The notes under the pieces were generated by a model. It had not been told where the DNA came from. It did not search any database and saw nothing but the letters and a program-made list of their open reading frames with translations. Shown here piece by piece: positions 26,458-37,336 of a DNA stretch of 64,000 nt. Made by a program: the position numbers and the translations under genes. Position 1 is the stretch's first letter. Each line of letters opens with the position of its first letter. The DNA comes from Arenicellales bacterium (lineage in GTDB: Bacteria; Pseudomonadota; Gammaproteobacteria; Arenicellales; JAJDZL01), in NCBI GenBank assembly GCA_965213865.1, contig OZ243928.1, positions 1,791,384 through 1,855,383 on the forward strand. Reading direction: 5' to 3'.

Positions 26458-27659
26458 CCGCTCTGGCGCAGCTGAGAAAAACAGTTTCTCAAGTCATCAA
26501 TCAGGTCAGACGGAGACTCGAGCCCGACATGCATCCGAACACCTTGGCCAGGGTCTGTCCACTGGGTCGCGCTTTGGTATGCGGTTGGATCAAATGGAAT
26601 CATCAAGCTTTCAAAACCGCCCCAGCTGTAGCCCATGCCAAACAGCTGCGACGCATCAAAAAACTTTTGAATTGAAGCCGGTGGCAAGGGCTTGAGAACG
26701 AATGCGAACAGTCCGCTCGCGCCTTTGAAGTCGCGTTTGAATATTTCATGTCCGGCGTGGCTCGGCAATGCCGGATGGATGACACGAGCCACTTCACTTT
26801 GCTCACTCAGCCAGCGGGCGACTGCAACGGCAGATTCATGGTGCTGCCTCAGGCGGGTCGGCAGGGTTCGAAGGCCGCGAAGTCCCAGGAAAATCGCGTC
26901 AGGGCCTGCATTTTGTCCAAGCAGGCGGACGGTTTCGCGCAGTTTGAAATAGCATTCTTGGGTCGCGGTGACAATCCCGAGCATGGTATCTGAATGGCCG
27001 GTGATGTATTTGGTTGCCGCGTGAATGGAAATGTCAATGCCTAAATCAAACGGCTGCAGATAAATTGGCGTCGCCCAGGTATTGTCCAGCATCGTGACAA
27101 TCTGGCTGCGATGTGTCTGGCGGCTGTGTCTGGCGGCTTGCGTGATGGCTGGAATATCCTGTATCTCAAATGTATTGGAACCCGGAGATTCCATGAAAAT
27201 CACTGCCGTACTCGGTCGAATCAGCTCTGCGATGCCCGCGCCGATGCAAGGGTCATAATAGGTTGTTTCCACCCCGTATCGCCGCAGCACCTGGTCGCAA
27301 AAATTGCGTGCTGGACGATAGACGCTGTCGGTCATGAGCACATGCGACCCGGATTCAGTGAATGCGGTCAGCGCGCAGGTGATCGCGGCTAAGCCGCTGG
27401 ATACTGAAATTCCAGCGAATGCGCCTTCGAGTTCGGCAACAGATTTTTCCAGCGCAAACGACGCTGGCGTCCCAGTTCTGCCGTAGGTGACCTGATTCAG
27501 CTGGCTGCGTTTTGCGGCGGAATTGACAAATTCCTCGTAGTCACGTGACAGAACTGTCGAGCCATGGTAAACAGGCAAGTTGACAAATCCGCTGCTGGCG
27601 TCGGTATCGCGGCCCAAATGCGCGGCCCGCGTACTGGAGGCGTGATGTTCATTGCTCAT
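26454..27659 (-). CDS. metC: Cystathionine beta-lyase
   Basis: YGRTGTP, ESPGS, DNTWATP, AATKYITGHSD and GYSWGGFESL. Confidence 0.9.
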   Translation of the reverse strand: MSNEHHASSTRAAHLGRDTDASSGFVNLPVYHGSTVLSRDYEEFVNSAAKRSQLNQVTYGRTGTPASFALEKSVAELEGAFAGISVSSGLAAITCALTAFTESGSHVLMTDSVYRPARNFCDQVLRRYGVETTYYDPCIGAGIAELIRPSTAVIFMESPGSNTFEIQDIPAITQAARHSRQTHRSQIVTMLDNTWATPIYLQPFDLGIDISIHAATKYITGHSDTMLGIVTATQECYFKLRETVRLLGQNAGPDAIFLGLRGLRTLPTRLRQHHESAVAVARWLSEQSEVARVIHPALPSHAGHEIFKRDFKGASGLFAFVLKPLPPASIQKFFDASQLFGMGYSWGGFESLMIPFDPTAYQSATQWTDPGQGVRMHVGLESPSDLIDDLRNCFSQLRQSG

Positions 27660-27941
27660 GTTCTTTCGGCTTGACTTGCGGCTGATTGACCAGTGCATTT
27701 GCCCGCGGAATATATTTCTCCGGGCATTGCATCGGCGGCTGCTCTGATTGGGCATTGCGCATGGTTCATGGCGATTCATTTTGAACCCGACGAACACAGG
27801 CCGCCAACGCGTATAATCGCGCAAATATAATCAATTTGAATCGGCTGGGTGGCCGATTTGTCTGGCGATTGGATCGGTTGCCGCCGGCGCCCGTCAGATA
27901 CCGATACAGCCAGTCGCCAAAAGCCAAAAAACAATAAAACA

Positions 27942-29408
27942 ATGATCAGCGGATTTGAAATACAGCAGGTAATCCCCGAAACCGTCGTCGCAGTGATGGC
28001 GTGCGCTATTTTGCTGATTGATCAGTTCGCCGCCAGCAGAGTCAGAGACCTTTCGCTCGGACTGACGCTGGCGACTCTGGCGGCTGTCTGTGTGCTGACC
28101 GGCAGCGATATTCACTATCACAGTACCGTCGTTCTCAACGGCATGTTTGTGGATGATGCTTTTTCCAATCTTGTGAAATTTATGATTGCACTGCTGGCGA
28201 TTGCAGTGTTCGCTTATTCGAGAATATACTCCAGTGATCGCGGCATCTCAGGCAGCGAATTCTATGTGCTGGGGCTGTTTGGCATTCTGGGCATGATGAT
28301 CATGGCCTCTGCGGATCACCTGCTGGTGCTGTATCTGGGTTTGGAACTGATGTCGCTGTGCATGTATGCCATGGTTGCATTTCAGCGTGACTCCTCAACC
28401 GCCACCGAAGCGGCGATGAAATACTTTGTGCTTGGCGCCATCGGCTCCGGCTCGCTTCTTTATGGACTTTCCATCCTGTATGGGCTGACTGGAACACTCA
28501 GCATCTCACAGCTGCAGCTGCTGATCGCCGGCACTGGCGCCGCGGCCGAAATTCCGCTGATATTTGCCCTGTCGTTCGTGATTATGGCGCTGGCATTCAA
28601 ACTGGGTGCGGCGCCGTTTCACATGTGGGTGCCGGATGTATACCATGGCGCACCGACCAGCACGACAATTTATTTGGGGACGATTCCAAAAATTGCTGCC
28701 TTTGCCATGCTGACGCGACTGCTGATTGACGGGCTGGGCGGACTGGGGCTCATCTGGCAGGATATGCTGATTGTCATTGCGCTGCTGTCCATCATCATCG
28801 GCAATGTGCTGGCGATCGCACAGAGCAATCTCAAGCGCATGCTGGCTTACTCGACAATCGCCCACATGGGATACATGCTGCTCGGTGTGCTGAGCGGAGG
28901 CAGTGGAAGCCATGAGGGCTATTCGGCCGCATTGTTTTATGTCCTCGTATATGCTGTCATGAGTCTGGGCGCGTTCGGATTGATTTTGATTTCTGCTCGC
29001 AAAGGCCAGGAAAAAGATCTGATCAGTGACTACAGCGGACTGAATGCCAGGGATCCCTGGCTGGCGCTGGCGCTTCTCGTGCTGATGTTTTCCATGGCGG
29101 GCATCCCGCCAACAGTCGGCTTTTACGCTAAATTAGCCGTAATCCAGACTTTGGTTGATGCCGGTCTGGTGTGGGTGGCTGTCGTGGCCGTGATTTTCGC
29201 AGTTGTCGGTGCGTTTTACTACCTGCGCGTTATCAAGGCTGTTTATTTCGATGAGCTTGAAGAGCGCGAAAGCCCTGTCGCTGAATTGGGGGGGATGCGC
29301 GCTATGGTCGGCCTCAATGCATTGGCGCTGATTGCGGTTCTGCCATGGGTCGGGGACGCACTGGCAGTTTGTGAGACGGCCGTCTTGAGTTTGTTTATCG
29401 CCAGCTGA
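27942..29408 (+). CDS. nuoN: NADH-quinone oxidoreductase subunit N
   Basis: LGLELMSL, EAAMKYFVLG, FKLGAAPFHMWVPDVY, KRMLAYSTIAH and AGIPPTVGF. Confidence 0.95.
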   Translation: MISGFEIQQVIPETVVAVMACAILLIDQFAASRVRDLSLGLTLATLAAVCVLTGSDIHYHSTVVLNGMFVDDAFSNLVKFMIALLAIAVFAYSRIYSSDRGISGSEFYVLGLFGILGMMIMASADHLLVLYLGLELMSLCMYAMVAFQRDSSTATEAAMKYFVLGAIGSGSLLYGLSILYGLTGTLSISQLQLLIAGTGAAAEIPLIFALSFVIMALAFKLGAAPFHMWVPDVYHGAPTSTTIYLGTIPKIAAFAMLTRLLIDGLGGLGLIWQDMLIVIALLSIIIGNVLAIAQSNLKRMLAYSTIAHMGYMLLGVLSGGSGSHEGYSAALFYVLVYAVMSLGAFGLILISARKGQEKDLISDYSGLNARDPWLALALLVLMFSMAGIPPTVGFYAKLAVIQTLVDAGLVWVAVVAVIFAVVGAFYYLRVIKAVYFDELEERESPVAELGGMRAMVGLNALALIAVLPWVGDALAVCETAVLSLFIAS

Positions 29409-29836
29409 AGCGCGTCATTAAGGTCGCAGGTCGCTCGCAAAAAAAATGTAATTCACTTTGTGCTTATAATTTGGCACGATGCGATGATGCGATAGTTAAA
29501 TTGACACTGTTGATCTGCAAACAATAACGTCAGCAGACGCTGCAGAGTCAAGGTCGACAGAATCTTTTAGTGTGATAGAGAAAACGTCCTATATTGCCAC
29601 TTAACTATGCGAATGTAAACGGGCTTGGAGCGGGTGATCATGTTGGATCCATTTGTTTCATGACGAGCGGAGCCTGCAGCACACCCGCGAATACCCCTTT
29701 CTAAGACAGTAACAGCAACCCAAACAGCCGCAGCACACAATCCAGGTGCCAACACGCAGGAACAATCGGAACATACACATGAGGAAGCTAGATCAGCGTT
29801 AGGGTGCGATACTGATTAACAGTTGAGAAAACGCAA

Positions 29837-30007
29837 ATGACTGAGGTAACTACAGATTGGATAACACTTGCTGGCATTGTTGGAATACTGGCCTTTTTAT
29901 GGAAACTCAGTAGCGACATCGGAGACCTGCGGGAGCGCATGGCGCGATTGGAGGGGCTGTTTGAGGGTTTTACAAACCGCGCCGATCCGCGCAAGCGAGA
30001 AGCCTAA
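29837..30007 (+). CDS. 56-aa membrane-anchored coiled-coil microprotein (not in the ORF track)
   Basis: MTEVTTDWITLAGIVGILAFLWKLSSDIGDLRERMARLEGLFEGFTNRADPRKREA*: TM helix followed by an amphipathic heptad segment. Confidence 0.7.
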   Translation: MTEVTTDWITLAGIVGILAFLWKLSSDIGDLRERMARLEGLFEGFTNRADPRKREA

Positions 30008-30406
30008 AGGACGATCGGAAGGTCGGTTATGTACAATAACTGCAAATAAATCAATAATAAAACAAATATGTAAAAATAATGAGCAAGAATTAGAACCGTC
30101 ACATTCCCGCGCCTGAATCACTCCCTCTGCCAATCAGACAAGCATATTCTGTGCTTTATGCCATACTGCCTGTCGCTTCTGTACAGCTGAGCATCTAGGC
30201 GCAAGATCAGGCTTAGATTGCGGGGCTCTTAGAAGTCCAGCATGACGCTTATGGCAGCGCCAGATCCGGAAATTGAGGTCAATTGCAGCTGTTACTCAGA
30301 TGAATGGAATAAACGATAGACGAATTGTGCCTCCAGTCATGAAAGTTTGATAAGAGGAAATTTCGAAATCGAGAAAATATTGGACTTAGCTGACACTGGG
30401 TGATTC

Positions 30407-31484
30407 ATGATGAAAGAAATATTGCTCGACTATCTGGCAAGAAGGAACTCAGCGAACCCGTATAGGGATCGTTTTTTGAAAATCGATAGATCGACATTAA
30501 GTGTTGAGCGAAAGCTTTTATATCGCGAGGCTAAATTTGAATTGACAGCACACAGCTCACATTTCAGTACTGACATTCTGTGGAACCGTATTGCCGCCTT
30601 GCATGAGAATTATCGCCGTTATGTATGGAACCGGCGAGGGCTGAAGCTTGATCTGGCAGCTCCGCTTACCTTGGCCGAAAAAATCGAGTGGATTAAGTTC
30701 AATGAGCACAATAGTGTGTTTCCTATACTTTGCAACAAGTTGGCTGTTAGGAACTATGTTTTGGAGAAGACGCAAAAACCTAATATTTTAAATAGAATAC
30801 TGGTTAGTGACGATGAGGGGGGGGGTAACAGCAATTGAGAATCTGCCGTTTGATAACCTGCCGAGCAAATACGTTATCAAGTCGAATCACTGGAGCGGCG
30901 ATGCCTTGATTTGCGGCAAGTCATCCCCGGTTTCGAGAGATCAGATCCAGCGAATCGCAATGCGTCTAAAAAGCGGATATGATGACTATACGAAATCGGA
31001 GTGGCCTTACCGGCATATTGCACCGCGGGTTTTTGTCGAGGAATATCTCGAAAGCCGATTCGATCAGTTGGTCGATTACAAGATATTCTGCTTCAACGGT
31101 GATCCCAGATTCATCATGGTTTGCATGGACAGGTTTACAGATCACAAAAGGTCATTCTTCGACCCAAACTGGAAGCCTCTGCCATTTTACGACTGGAAGT
31201 ATCCGCCAATTGAGCTTGATTTGCAGTCACTCAAACCCGAATCTCTGGATGAAATGCTGCAGCATGCGTCGAAGCTAAGCGAGGATGCCTCCTTTCTAAG
31301 GGCGGATTTTTATGATGTCGACGGAGAGTGTCGATTTGGTGAGCTGACGCTATATCCGGAATGCGGGATAGACTGCCGGTTTCAGCCAGACGAATGGAAT
31401 CAAACAATAGGCGGATGGCTGCAGCTGCCTGCGCCAAGCCGAAATCCTAAGTTTGCATTTGGACCGGGAATTATGCATTTCTGA
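30407..31484 (+). CDS. TupA-like ATP-grasp amidoligase, frameshifted at G9 (30817-30825)
   Basis: ORF1 has PLTLAEKIEWIK and NKLAVRNYV; ORF2 has LPSKYVIKSNHWSG, VEEYL, DYKIFCFNG, LRADFY and FGELTLYP. Removing one G fuses them. Confidence 0.8.
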
Positions 31485-31761
31485 TGTTTGTAATCAGCTG
31501 TCATCATTCTCGCGCCTGCATCACCTCTCACTATGAAAATCGCTAGGTCAACGATTTACTTTAGCGTCCAATGGATCAGCGGGACGGCGGTTTCTTGCCC
31601 TTGATCGCAGCACTGCTGCTGGTTCCTGAAAACGTTCAGCCGTGCATGTGTATATCAAGGCGGCGTGAAGAATCGACTGTTTCCCGCCAAGTTGCGTAAA
31701 TCGCCTGTTAAAATTTTTTTTGCATATCCGATTCGATTGATATATACTGACGAGAACGTGT

Positions 31762-31838
<77 letters not shown>

Positions 31839-31847
31839 ATTCCTCTG

Positions 31848-31878
31848 AATCGGCTCTTTTGCCCAATGAGCCGATTTT
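31848..31878 (+). terminator. Terminator after the tRNA
   Basis: AATCGGCTC...GAGCCGATT followed by T-rich sequence. Confidence 0.6.
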
Positions 31879-31965
31879 AGTTTACAAAGCGATCTGTCCT
31901 ATTCACTGCAAACTCCTGCACGGCAGATTATTGTTGAATCTTCAGCGACTTGAGTCTCCGATCCA

Positions 31966-32472
31966 ATGAGCGAATTCGAAGAGCTGTTCGATGTCGTAGA
32001 CGCAAATGATCAGGTGATAGACTGTCAGCCGCGCTCCGTTGTGCATGCCAGCAATCTGCTGCACCGCTCGGTTCATGTGCTCGCCTGCGATGCGGATGAT
32101 CGGGTATTTTTGCAGCTGCGCGGACCCGACCGTGACTGTGACCCGAATTTGTGGGATTCTTCGGTAGGCGGTCATTTGCAGTCGGGCGAGAGCTATGACC
32201 AGGCTGTGATGCGGGAAACCCAAGAAGAGCTTGGCGTGACACTGACTGCTGTTCCGCGAAGACTGTTCAAGCTGAGTGCAAGTCCGTCGACGGGCTATGA
32301 GTTTTGCTGGGTCTACCGTCTGTCCCATGCCGGCCCGTTCACGATTGATTCGAGCGAGGCGGCCGCTGGCCGCTGGTTCAGCGCGGCGGAACTCAATGAG
32401 CGGCTTGCTGCGCAGCCGGCTTCGTTCACGAGCAGTTTTCGTCTCATCTGGGCGCGTTATTCCGCACTGTGA
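31966..32472 (+). CDS. NUDIX hydrolase (IDI-like subfamily)
   Basis: LLHRSVHV, WDSSVGGHLQSGE and RETQEELG Nudix box. Confidence 0.85.
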   Translation: MSEFEELFDVVDANDQVIDCQPRSVVHASNLLHRSVHVLACDADDRVFLQLRGPDRDCDPNLWDSSVGGHLQSGESYDQAVMRETQEELGVTLTAVPRRLFKLSASPSTGYEFCWVYRLSHAGPFTIDSSEAAAGRWFSAAELNERLAAQPASFTSSFRLIWARYSAL

Positions 32473-32478
32473 ATCAAG

Positions 32479-33198
32479 ATGAGCTTGCCTCGAATTGCGG
32501 TTACTTGCTATCCGCGCGACGATCAGGGCCACTTTACGTTGCCCGCCCGCTATCTTGAAAGCATTGCCAGAGCGCACGGCGCCGGGGCTGTCATCACGCC
32601 CGTTTCTGCGAGTCCGCAAGAACTGATCGGTCAGTTCGACGGATTTGTTCTAACCGGCGGCGCCGACCTCGATCCAGCGCTGTATGGCGGTCGGATGCAT
32701 GCCAGCATTTACGGCCTCAATGCAGAGCGGGATGCATTCGAGCTGGAGATAGCGCGGCAGCTGGTCGCAGCTGGCGCTCCATTGATGGCGATTTGCCGCG
32801 GTGTTCAGGTGCTGAATGTTGCCTTGGGCGGTTCTCTGGTAGAGCATGTGCCCGATGAATACGGCAGCAGCGTGATCCACCGTTCCGAGAGTTTCGATCA
32901 GGTTCAGCATGCCGTTACGCTTCAGGAAGATTCAAATTTGGCGCGCCTGATTGGCTCAGCACAGTTCAGCTGCGCCTCATTTCATCATCAGAGCATTCGT
33001 CATCCGGCGCCAGGGTTTGATGTCGTCGGCACCGCTGAAGATGGCGTGACTGAGGCGATCGAATCGGCGCAGCATCCGCAAATTATCGGCGTACAGTGGC
33101 ATCCGGAATTCACTGCGCACAAGGACCGCTTGCAGCAAGGGCTGTTTGATGCGTTTGTCAAGCTTGCGCGCCGGCATGCGGCCGGGTCAAGCATCTGA
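32479..33198 (+). CDS. Gamma-glutamyl-GABA hydrolase family (peptidase C26, PuuD-like)
   Basis: LTGGADL, AICRGVQVLN, SFHHQ and GVQWHPE. Confidence 0.9.
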   Translation: MSLPRIAVTCYPRDDQGHFTLPARYLESIARAHGAGAVITPVSASPQELIGQFDGFVLTGGADLDPALYGGRMHASIYGLNAERDAFELEIARQLVAAGAPLMAICRGVQVLNVALGGSLVEHVPDEYGSSVIHRSESFDQVQHAVTLQEDSNLARLIGSAQFSCASFHHQSIRHPAPGFDVVGTAEDGVTEAIESAQHPQIIGVQWHPEFTAHKDRLQQGLFDAFVKLARRHAAGSSI

Positions 33199-33246
33199 GC
33201 CGGTTATTTCGCTGCGTATTGACTGAATTTATGGATTTGAGTGTGA

Positions 33247-34530
33247 TTACAGCGAAGCTAGCTTCGGCTGGCTTTCATAGGCTTTGGCGACTTCGTCGGC
33301 AATGATGGCGAGAGCCGCATTCAGTACCTTTTCCGGCACCGCATAACTGATGCGAATGCACTCATGCTGATGCTCCCAAGGCTGCGTGAGACCTGGAAAA
33401 AAATGTTTTCCGGGGATAATGTAGACATTGCGTTTCTTCAGATTCTCATACAGCTGAAGATTTGTAATCGGCAGCTGCGGGAACCACAGCCACAGAAAAA
33501 ACGCTCCCTCACATTCATGCAAGGCATACGGAACCGATGCGAACTGCCTGTGCAGCTGATCAATCGCATGATCGCGCGCTTGCTTGTAGTAGGGTTGAAT
33601 GACTGTATTGCTGAGATTCAAGATGTCACCTGAGCGCGTTGCCTCAAGCGCCAGGATCGATCCGAAGCTGCCGCTTGCAAGAGTCGTAATCGCATTCGCA
33701 TACGACACCATCTCGATGATTTCAGGCGCAGCAATGATAATGCCAGTGCGTGTGCCGGGCAGCCCGAGTTTCGACAGGCTGAGGGTCAATATGACATGGG
33801 GGTGCCACGCAACGGATGCATCGGAAAACACGATTGCCGGGAAGGGGAGTCCATAGGCGCCATCGACGATAAGCGGAACATCTTTCAGCTGGGCCATCAG
33901 CGCCAGTTTATGCAGCTGCTCATCGGAGATGACACTGCCCGTCGGATTGGTCGGACGCGACAGGCAAATTGCGCCGATGTCACTGAAATCCTGCAAGGCA
34001 TCGAAATCGACCTGGTATCTGAACGTGTGTGCTGAAGTATGCGCGATCTGCGGCTTGACGGATTGAAACCGTCGGGTTTCCTCGTCGGCTTCGTTGTAGC
34101 CGACATATTCCGGCACCGAAGGCAGCAGGATTCTTTTGAGACGGCCGTCTGAAAACTTTCCGGCAAACAGCTTGAACAGAATTGTGAATGCCATTTGGCT
34201 GCCATTGGTAACGGCGATGTTCTCGCACCCGATTTCCCAGCCGCAGTGAGCGCGGAGCAAGTCAGTGATCGCCTGGACAAATCGTCTTGAGCCTTGGGGT
34301 CCTGCGTAATGGCCGATCAGTCTCTCAAATTCATCGCTGTCACGCATCAGATTTTCCATCTGGACTCGAAAGTAGCGTTGAATCTCGGGAATTTTTGCCG
34401 GGTTGCCGCCGCCGAGCATATACAGCGGGCGGGCGGCGCTGCCGGATGCATTGCCCAGGTCGCTCATCAGGCTGATGATGCCGGATTCGCGCTGAATCCG
34501 ATCAGACCAATCGGAGAATTGGGTTTTCAT
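33247..34530 (-). CDS. avtA: Valine--pyruvate aminotransferase
   Basis: MLGGGNPA, TNGSQ, SRPTNPTG, DGAYGLPFP and SLSKLGLPGTRTG. Confidence 0.9.
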   Translation of the reverse strand: MKTQFSDWSDRIQRESGIISLMSDLGNASGSAARPLYMLGGGNPAKIPEIQRYFRVQMENLMRDSDEFERLIGHYAGPQGSRRFVQAITDLLRAHCGWEIGCENIAVTNGSQMAFTILFKLFAGKFSDGRLKRILLPSVPEYVGYNEADEETRRFQSVKPQIAHTSAHTFRYQVDFDALQDFSDIGAICLSRPTNPTGSVISDEQLHKLALMAQLKDVPLIVDGAYGLPFPAIVFSDASVAWHPHVILTLSLSKLGLPGTRTGIIIAAPEIIEMVSYANAITTLASGSFGSILALEATRSGDILNLSNTVIQPYYKQARDHAIDQLHRQFASVPYALHECEGAFFLWLWFPQLPITNLQLYENLKKRNVYIIPGKHFFPGLTQPWEHQHECIRISYAVPEKVLNAALAIIADEVAKAYESQPKLASL

Positions 34531-34534
34531 AGAG

Positions 34535-36724
34535 TCAGCCGCCCGCGACCTGAGTGGTGTCCATGGTGATCAGGTCGACGAGAATATTCAGCGCCTCGTC
34601 GAGAAATGCATTTTCGACAACTTCGGCCGGGTAGGTATCGGCTGAAAATTCCTCTGCTGGCTCCATGTTGAGAGCGCTTCGCAGGGTGTTGAGAATATCG
34701 AGCTGTGCCTGCTCATCATCGGCGATCGTCTGCTTGCGAACTTCTTCACTCAAAGACACGCTGTCATGCGCGCTTCGACGCTCCCTCAGCAGTTCCGTTT
34801 GCACCAGGAAATCAAAAACTGGATTGAATTCCATGCGCTCCTGGTTGTAACTGCGGATTGCGGGAATACTGCTCTCGATCGCGGATGCCGCATGCCACAG
34901 GACAGATTCTTGCACTGGCTCAATGACATCGCCAAGCAGCGCGTTGTGCAGGCTGCGCTCACCGAAATCTGCGACGAATCGATTGGTTTTAAACGCCACA
35001 TCCGGCACGACGCCCTGATACTGATTGCTAGTGCCATTGATTCGAAAAAATTTTGCTGTCGAAAGCTTGACGCTTCCGATTTTGGGATCGCCTTGCTCGC
35101 CGAGCGGGATGATGGATTGAAGCGTGCCTTTGCCGAACGTAGTCTCGCCGACCACGATGCCGCGCTTGTAGTCCTGGATTGCGCCGGCGAGAATCTCTGA
35201 TGCCGATGCGCTGTAGCGGTCTACCAAGACCACGAGCGGACCGGCATAGTGGACAATGCCCTCATCATAGTGCACTTCCACCTCGCCGTTGGATTTGTTT
35301 ACCTGCACGATAGGGCCTGACTCGATAAACAGACTGGTCAGGTTGACGGCCTCGTGCAGCGCTCCGCCGCCGTTGCCGCGCAGATCCAGCACAATTCCGT
35401 CCACTCTTTGTTCCCTGAGCTCAGCCAGCAGCTCAGCCACATCGCGAGTAGAGCTGCGTGCGTCATCGTCGCTGGGCTCAGCGAAAAGACCCGAGTAGAA
35501 TGCGGGCAGACGAATCGCAGCCAGCAGCAGCGGATTGCCCCCGGCCTCAAGCTCGAAGGTTTCCATGCTGGCCATCTGCTCAAGCAGCTCGACTTTCTCG
35601 CGCACAATAGAGACTCGCTCGGGCGCAGCGCCAGGCAGTGAGTCGCTGCGCGCAATCTTTAGATGCACCTGGGTGCCCTTGGGGCCGCGGATCAAGTCGA
35701 CTACGTCTTCAAGCCGCCAGCCTCGGATGTCCTGGAAGCTGATCAGGGTTCCGGCAATTATTTCGGCGCTGGCCTGCTGATTGTCGGCGCTGGCGCCATC
35801 GCGCAGCTTGCGAGTTTGACTGTCATTGCCGACAGCTATGATGGTATCGCCGGCATGAATGGCGCCGCTTCGCGCCGCGGGTCCGCCGGTGATGACGGAA
35901 TGAATGATCGTCGCGCCATCTTCGGATCTGAGCATGGCGCCGATTCCCTCAATCTGCTGCGACAGCCTGATCTCCAGATTGTCGGCACTGTGCGGTGAAT
36001 AGTATTGCGAGTGCGGGTCCAGCTCCTGCAGATAGCCATTGAGGAATACCTCAACCACGTTGTGAGCGCTGTAGCGGAATATTGAGTTCGCAAATTGGTC
36101 GTAGCGGGCGGTCAGCATTTCGCTGATTGTGCCGGGGTCCGCGCCGTCAATCTTCAATGACAGAATGTCATTTTTGACAATTTGTTTCCATATGCCGTCG
36201 AGCTCAACCCGCGATTCGATCCAATCGGCATCTGAGCGATCGGTCATCAGGATCTCGCTCATGCCAAAATCAAAAGGCTTCTGCAGCAGCGCCTTGGCAA
36301 ATTCGGCCCGCTCCTGAACGCGGTTGCGAAATACGTCGAAGACATGGAAAACATGTTTCAGCTCGCCGCGCTGCAGATAGTCATCGTAATAATATCGGTC
36401 TGACTGAAAATTCTGGATATCGGCTTCGGTGAAGTAGACTTTCTGCGGGTCTAGGCTTGTCAGGTAGCGATTCAAGATGACCGCTGAAAAGTCATTGTCG
36501 AGCGGGCGGTTGCGAAAGTGAATCGCATCCGTCAAGCGAGCTGTGAGAGCCAATGCATCATGATGACTGCGCACTGCGACCAATGAGGTCTCATCCTGTT
36601 TTGCAGCCGCGTACTGCACATCGCTGCGCTGCGCGAAAATGCCGTAAGCGAGATAGGCTGCAAGCAGGGCGGTCAGGCCTAGCTTCCCATAGAGGCTGGC
36701 TTTGGAATTGCGTTGTGTGCTCAC
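34535..36724 (-). CDS. prc: Tail-specific (carboxy-terminal processing) protease
   Basis: LDPHSQY, GIGAML PDZ, LDLRGNGGG, SASASEILAGAIQDY and FGKGTLQ. Confidence 0.9.
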   Translation of the reverse strand: MSTQRNSKASLYGKLGLTALLAAYLAYGIFAQRSDVQYAAAKQDETSLVAVRSHHDALALTARLTDAIHFRNRPLDNDFSAVILNRYLTSLDPQKVYFTEADIQNFQSDRYYYDDYLQRGELKHVFHVFDVFRNRVQERAEFAKALLQKPFDFGMSEILMTDRSDADWIESRVELDGIWKQIVKNDILSLKIDGADPGTISEMLTARYDQFANSIFRYSAHNVVEVFLNGYLQELDPHSQYYSPHSADNLEIRLSQQIEGIGAMLRSEDGATIIHSVITGGPAARSGAIHAGDTIIAVGNDSQTRKLRDGASADNQQASAEIIAGTLISFQDIRGWRLEDVVDLIRGPKGTQVHLKIARSDSLPGAAPERVSIVREKVELLEQMASMETFELEAGGNPLLLAAIRLPAFYSGLFAEPSDDDARSSTRDVAELLAELREQRVDGIVLDLRGNGGGALHEAVNLTSLFIESGPIVQVNKSNGEVEVHYDEGIVHYAGPLVVLVDRYSASASEILAGAIQDYKRGIVVGETTFGKGTLQSIIPLGEQGDPKIGSVKLSTAKFFRINGTSNQYQGVVPDVAFKTNRFVADFGERSLHNALLGDVIEPVQESVLWHAASAIESSIPAIRSYNQERMEFNPVFDFLVQTELLRERRSAHDSVSLSEEVRKQTIADDEQAQLDILNTLRSALNMEPAEEFSADTYPAEVVENAFLDEALNILVDLITMDTTQVAGG

Positions 36725-36730
36725 TTTCAG

Positions 36731-37336
36731 TCAGCTGCTGCAGTCGGCTGGACGGTCCGGCCGTTTTTCGGGCCGGCGCAGCTGCGCCAAATGATGAACC
36801 GAGCTCAGCGTTTGGTCATGAATGCCGATCTTGCGCAGCGACCGCACTGTCGATGCCACATAATCGTGATTCGCGCCGCGCTGGCCGCGAGCTCTGGCGA
36901 CGATGCTTGCGGTCTCATCCAGTGTCAGGTTTCGCACATAGGATGGGTGCTGACGCCTCACGATAAATGCAATGGCCCGGACCGAGCGTCCGTCATCCAG
37001 CATGATAGATTTGATCGATGGATCATAGACTTCGTTCAGCATTTCTCGGCCTTGCAGATAATCAGCCACTTCCCGCTGCTTCTCGATTTCGATCCGGTAG
37101 GCGATGCCGGTGCAGGAGCCGCCTCGATCCAGGCCAAAAACCAAGCCCGGCACCTCATTGGTGCCGCGATAGCGAACGGATTGAATGCACAAAGAGCGGT
37201 GGTAGCCGAAAATGCGACTGCGACTGGATTCGGCATACTGAAATCCGGGATCCCACATGAGTGATCCGTAGCCGAATACCCACAGATCGGCAATCGGCAG
37301 ACTGAACTTTTCGTAGATGGATTCCTTACGCGACAC
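36731..37336 (-). CDS. chaC: ChaC-like gamma-glutamylcyclotransferase
   Basis: WVFGYGSLMW, YRGT..VPGLVFGL, GGSCTG and RE. Confidence 0.9.
   Translation of the reverse strand: MSRKESIYEKFSLPIADLWVFGYGSLMWDPGFQYAESSRSRIFGYHRSLCIQSVRYRGTNEVPGLVFGLDRGGSCTGIAYRIEIEKQREVADYLQGREMLNEVYDPSIKSIMLDDGRSVRAIAFIVRRQHPSYVRNLTLDETASIVARARGQRGANHDYVASTVRSLRKIGIHDQTLSSVHHLAQLRRPEKRPDRPADCSS

Noticed and set aside
29288-29294. G7 tract in nuoN
   Set aside because: In frame, near the C-terminus and lacking the flanking motif; no evidence of switching.
29660-29780. Minus-strand 40-aa Cys-rich ORF (MCMFRL...CCGCLGCCYC...)
   Set aside because: No RBS; the Cys richness follows from CA-rich sequence on the other strand; no modifying enzymes nearby.
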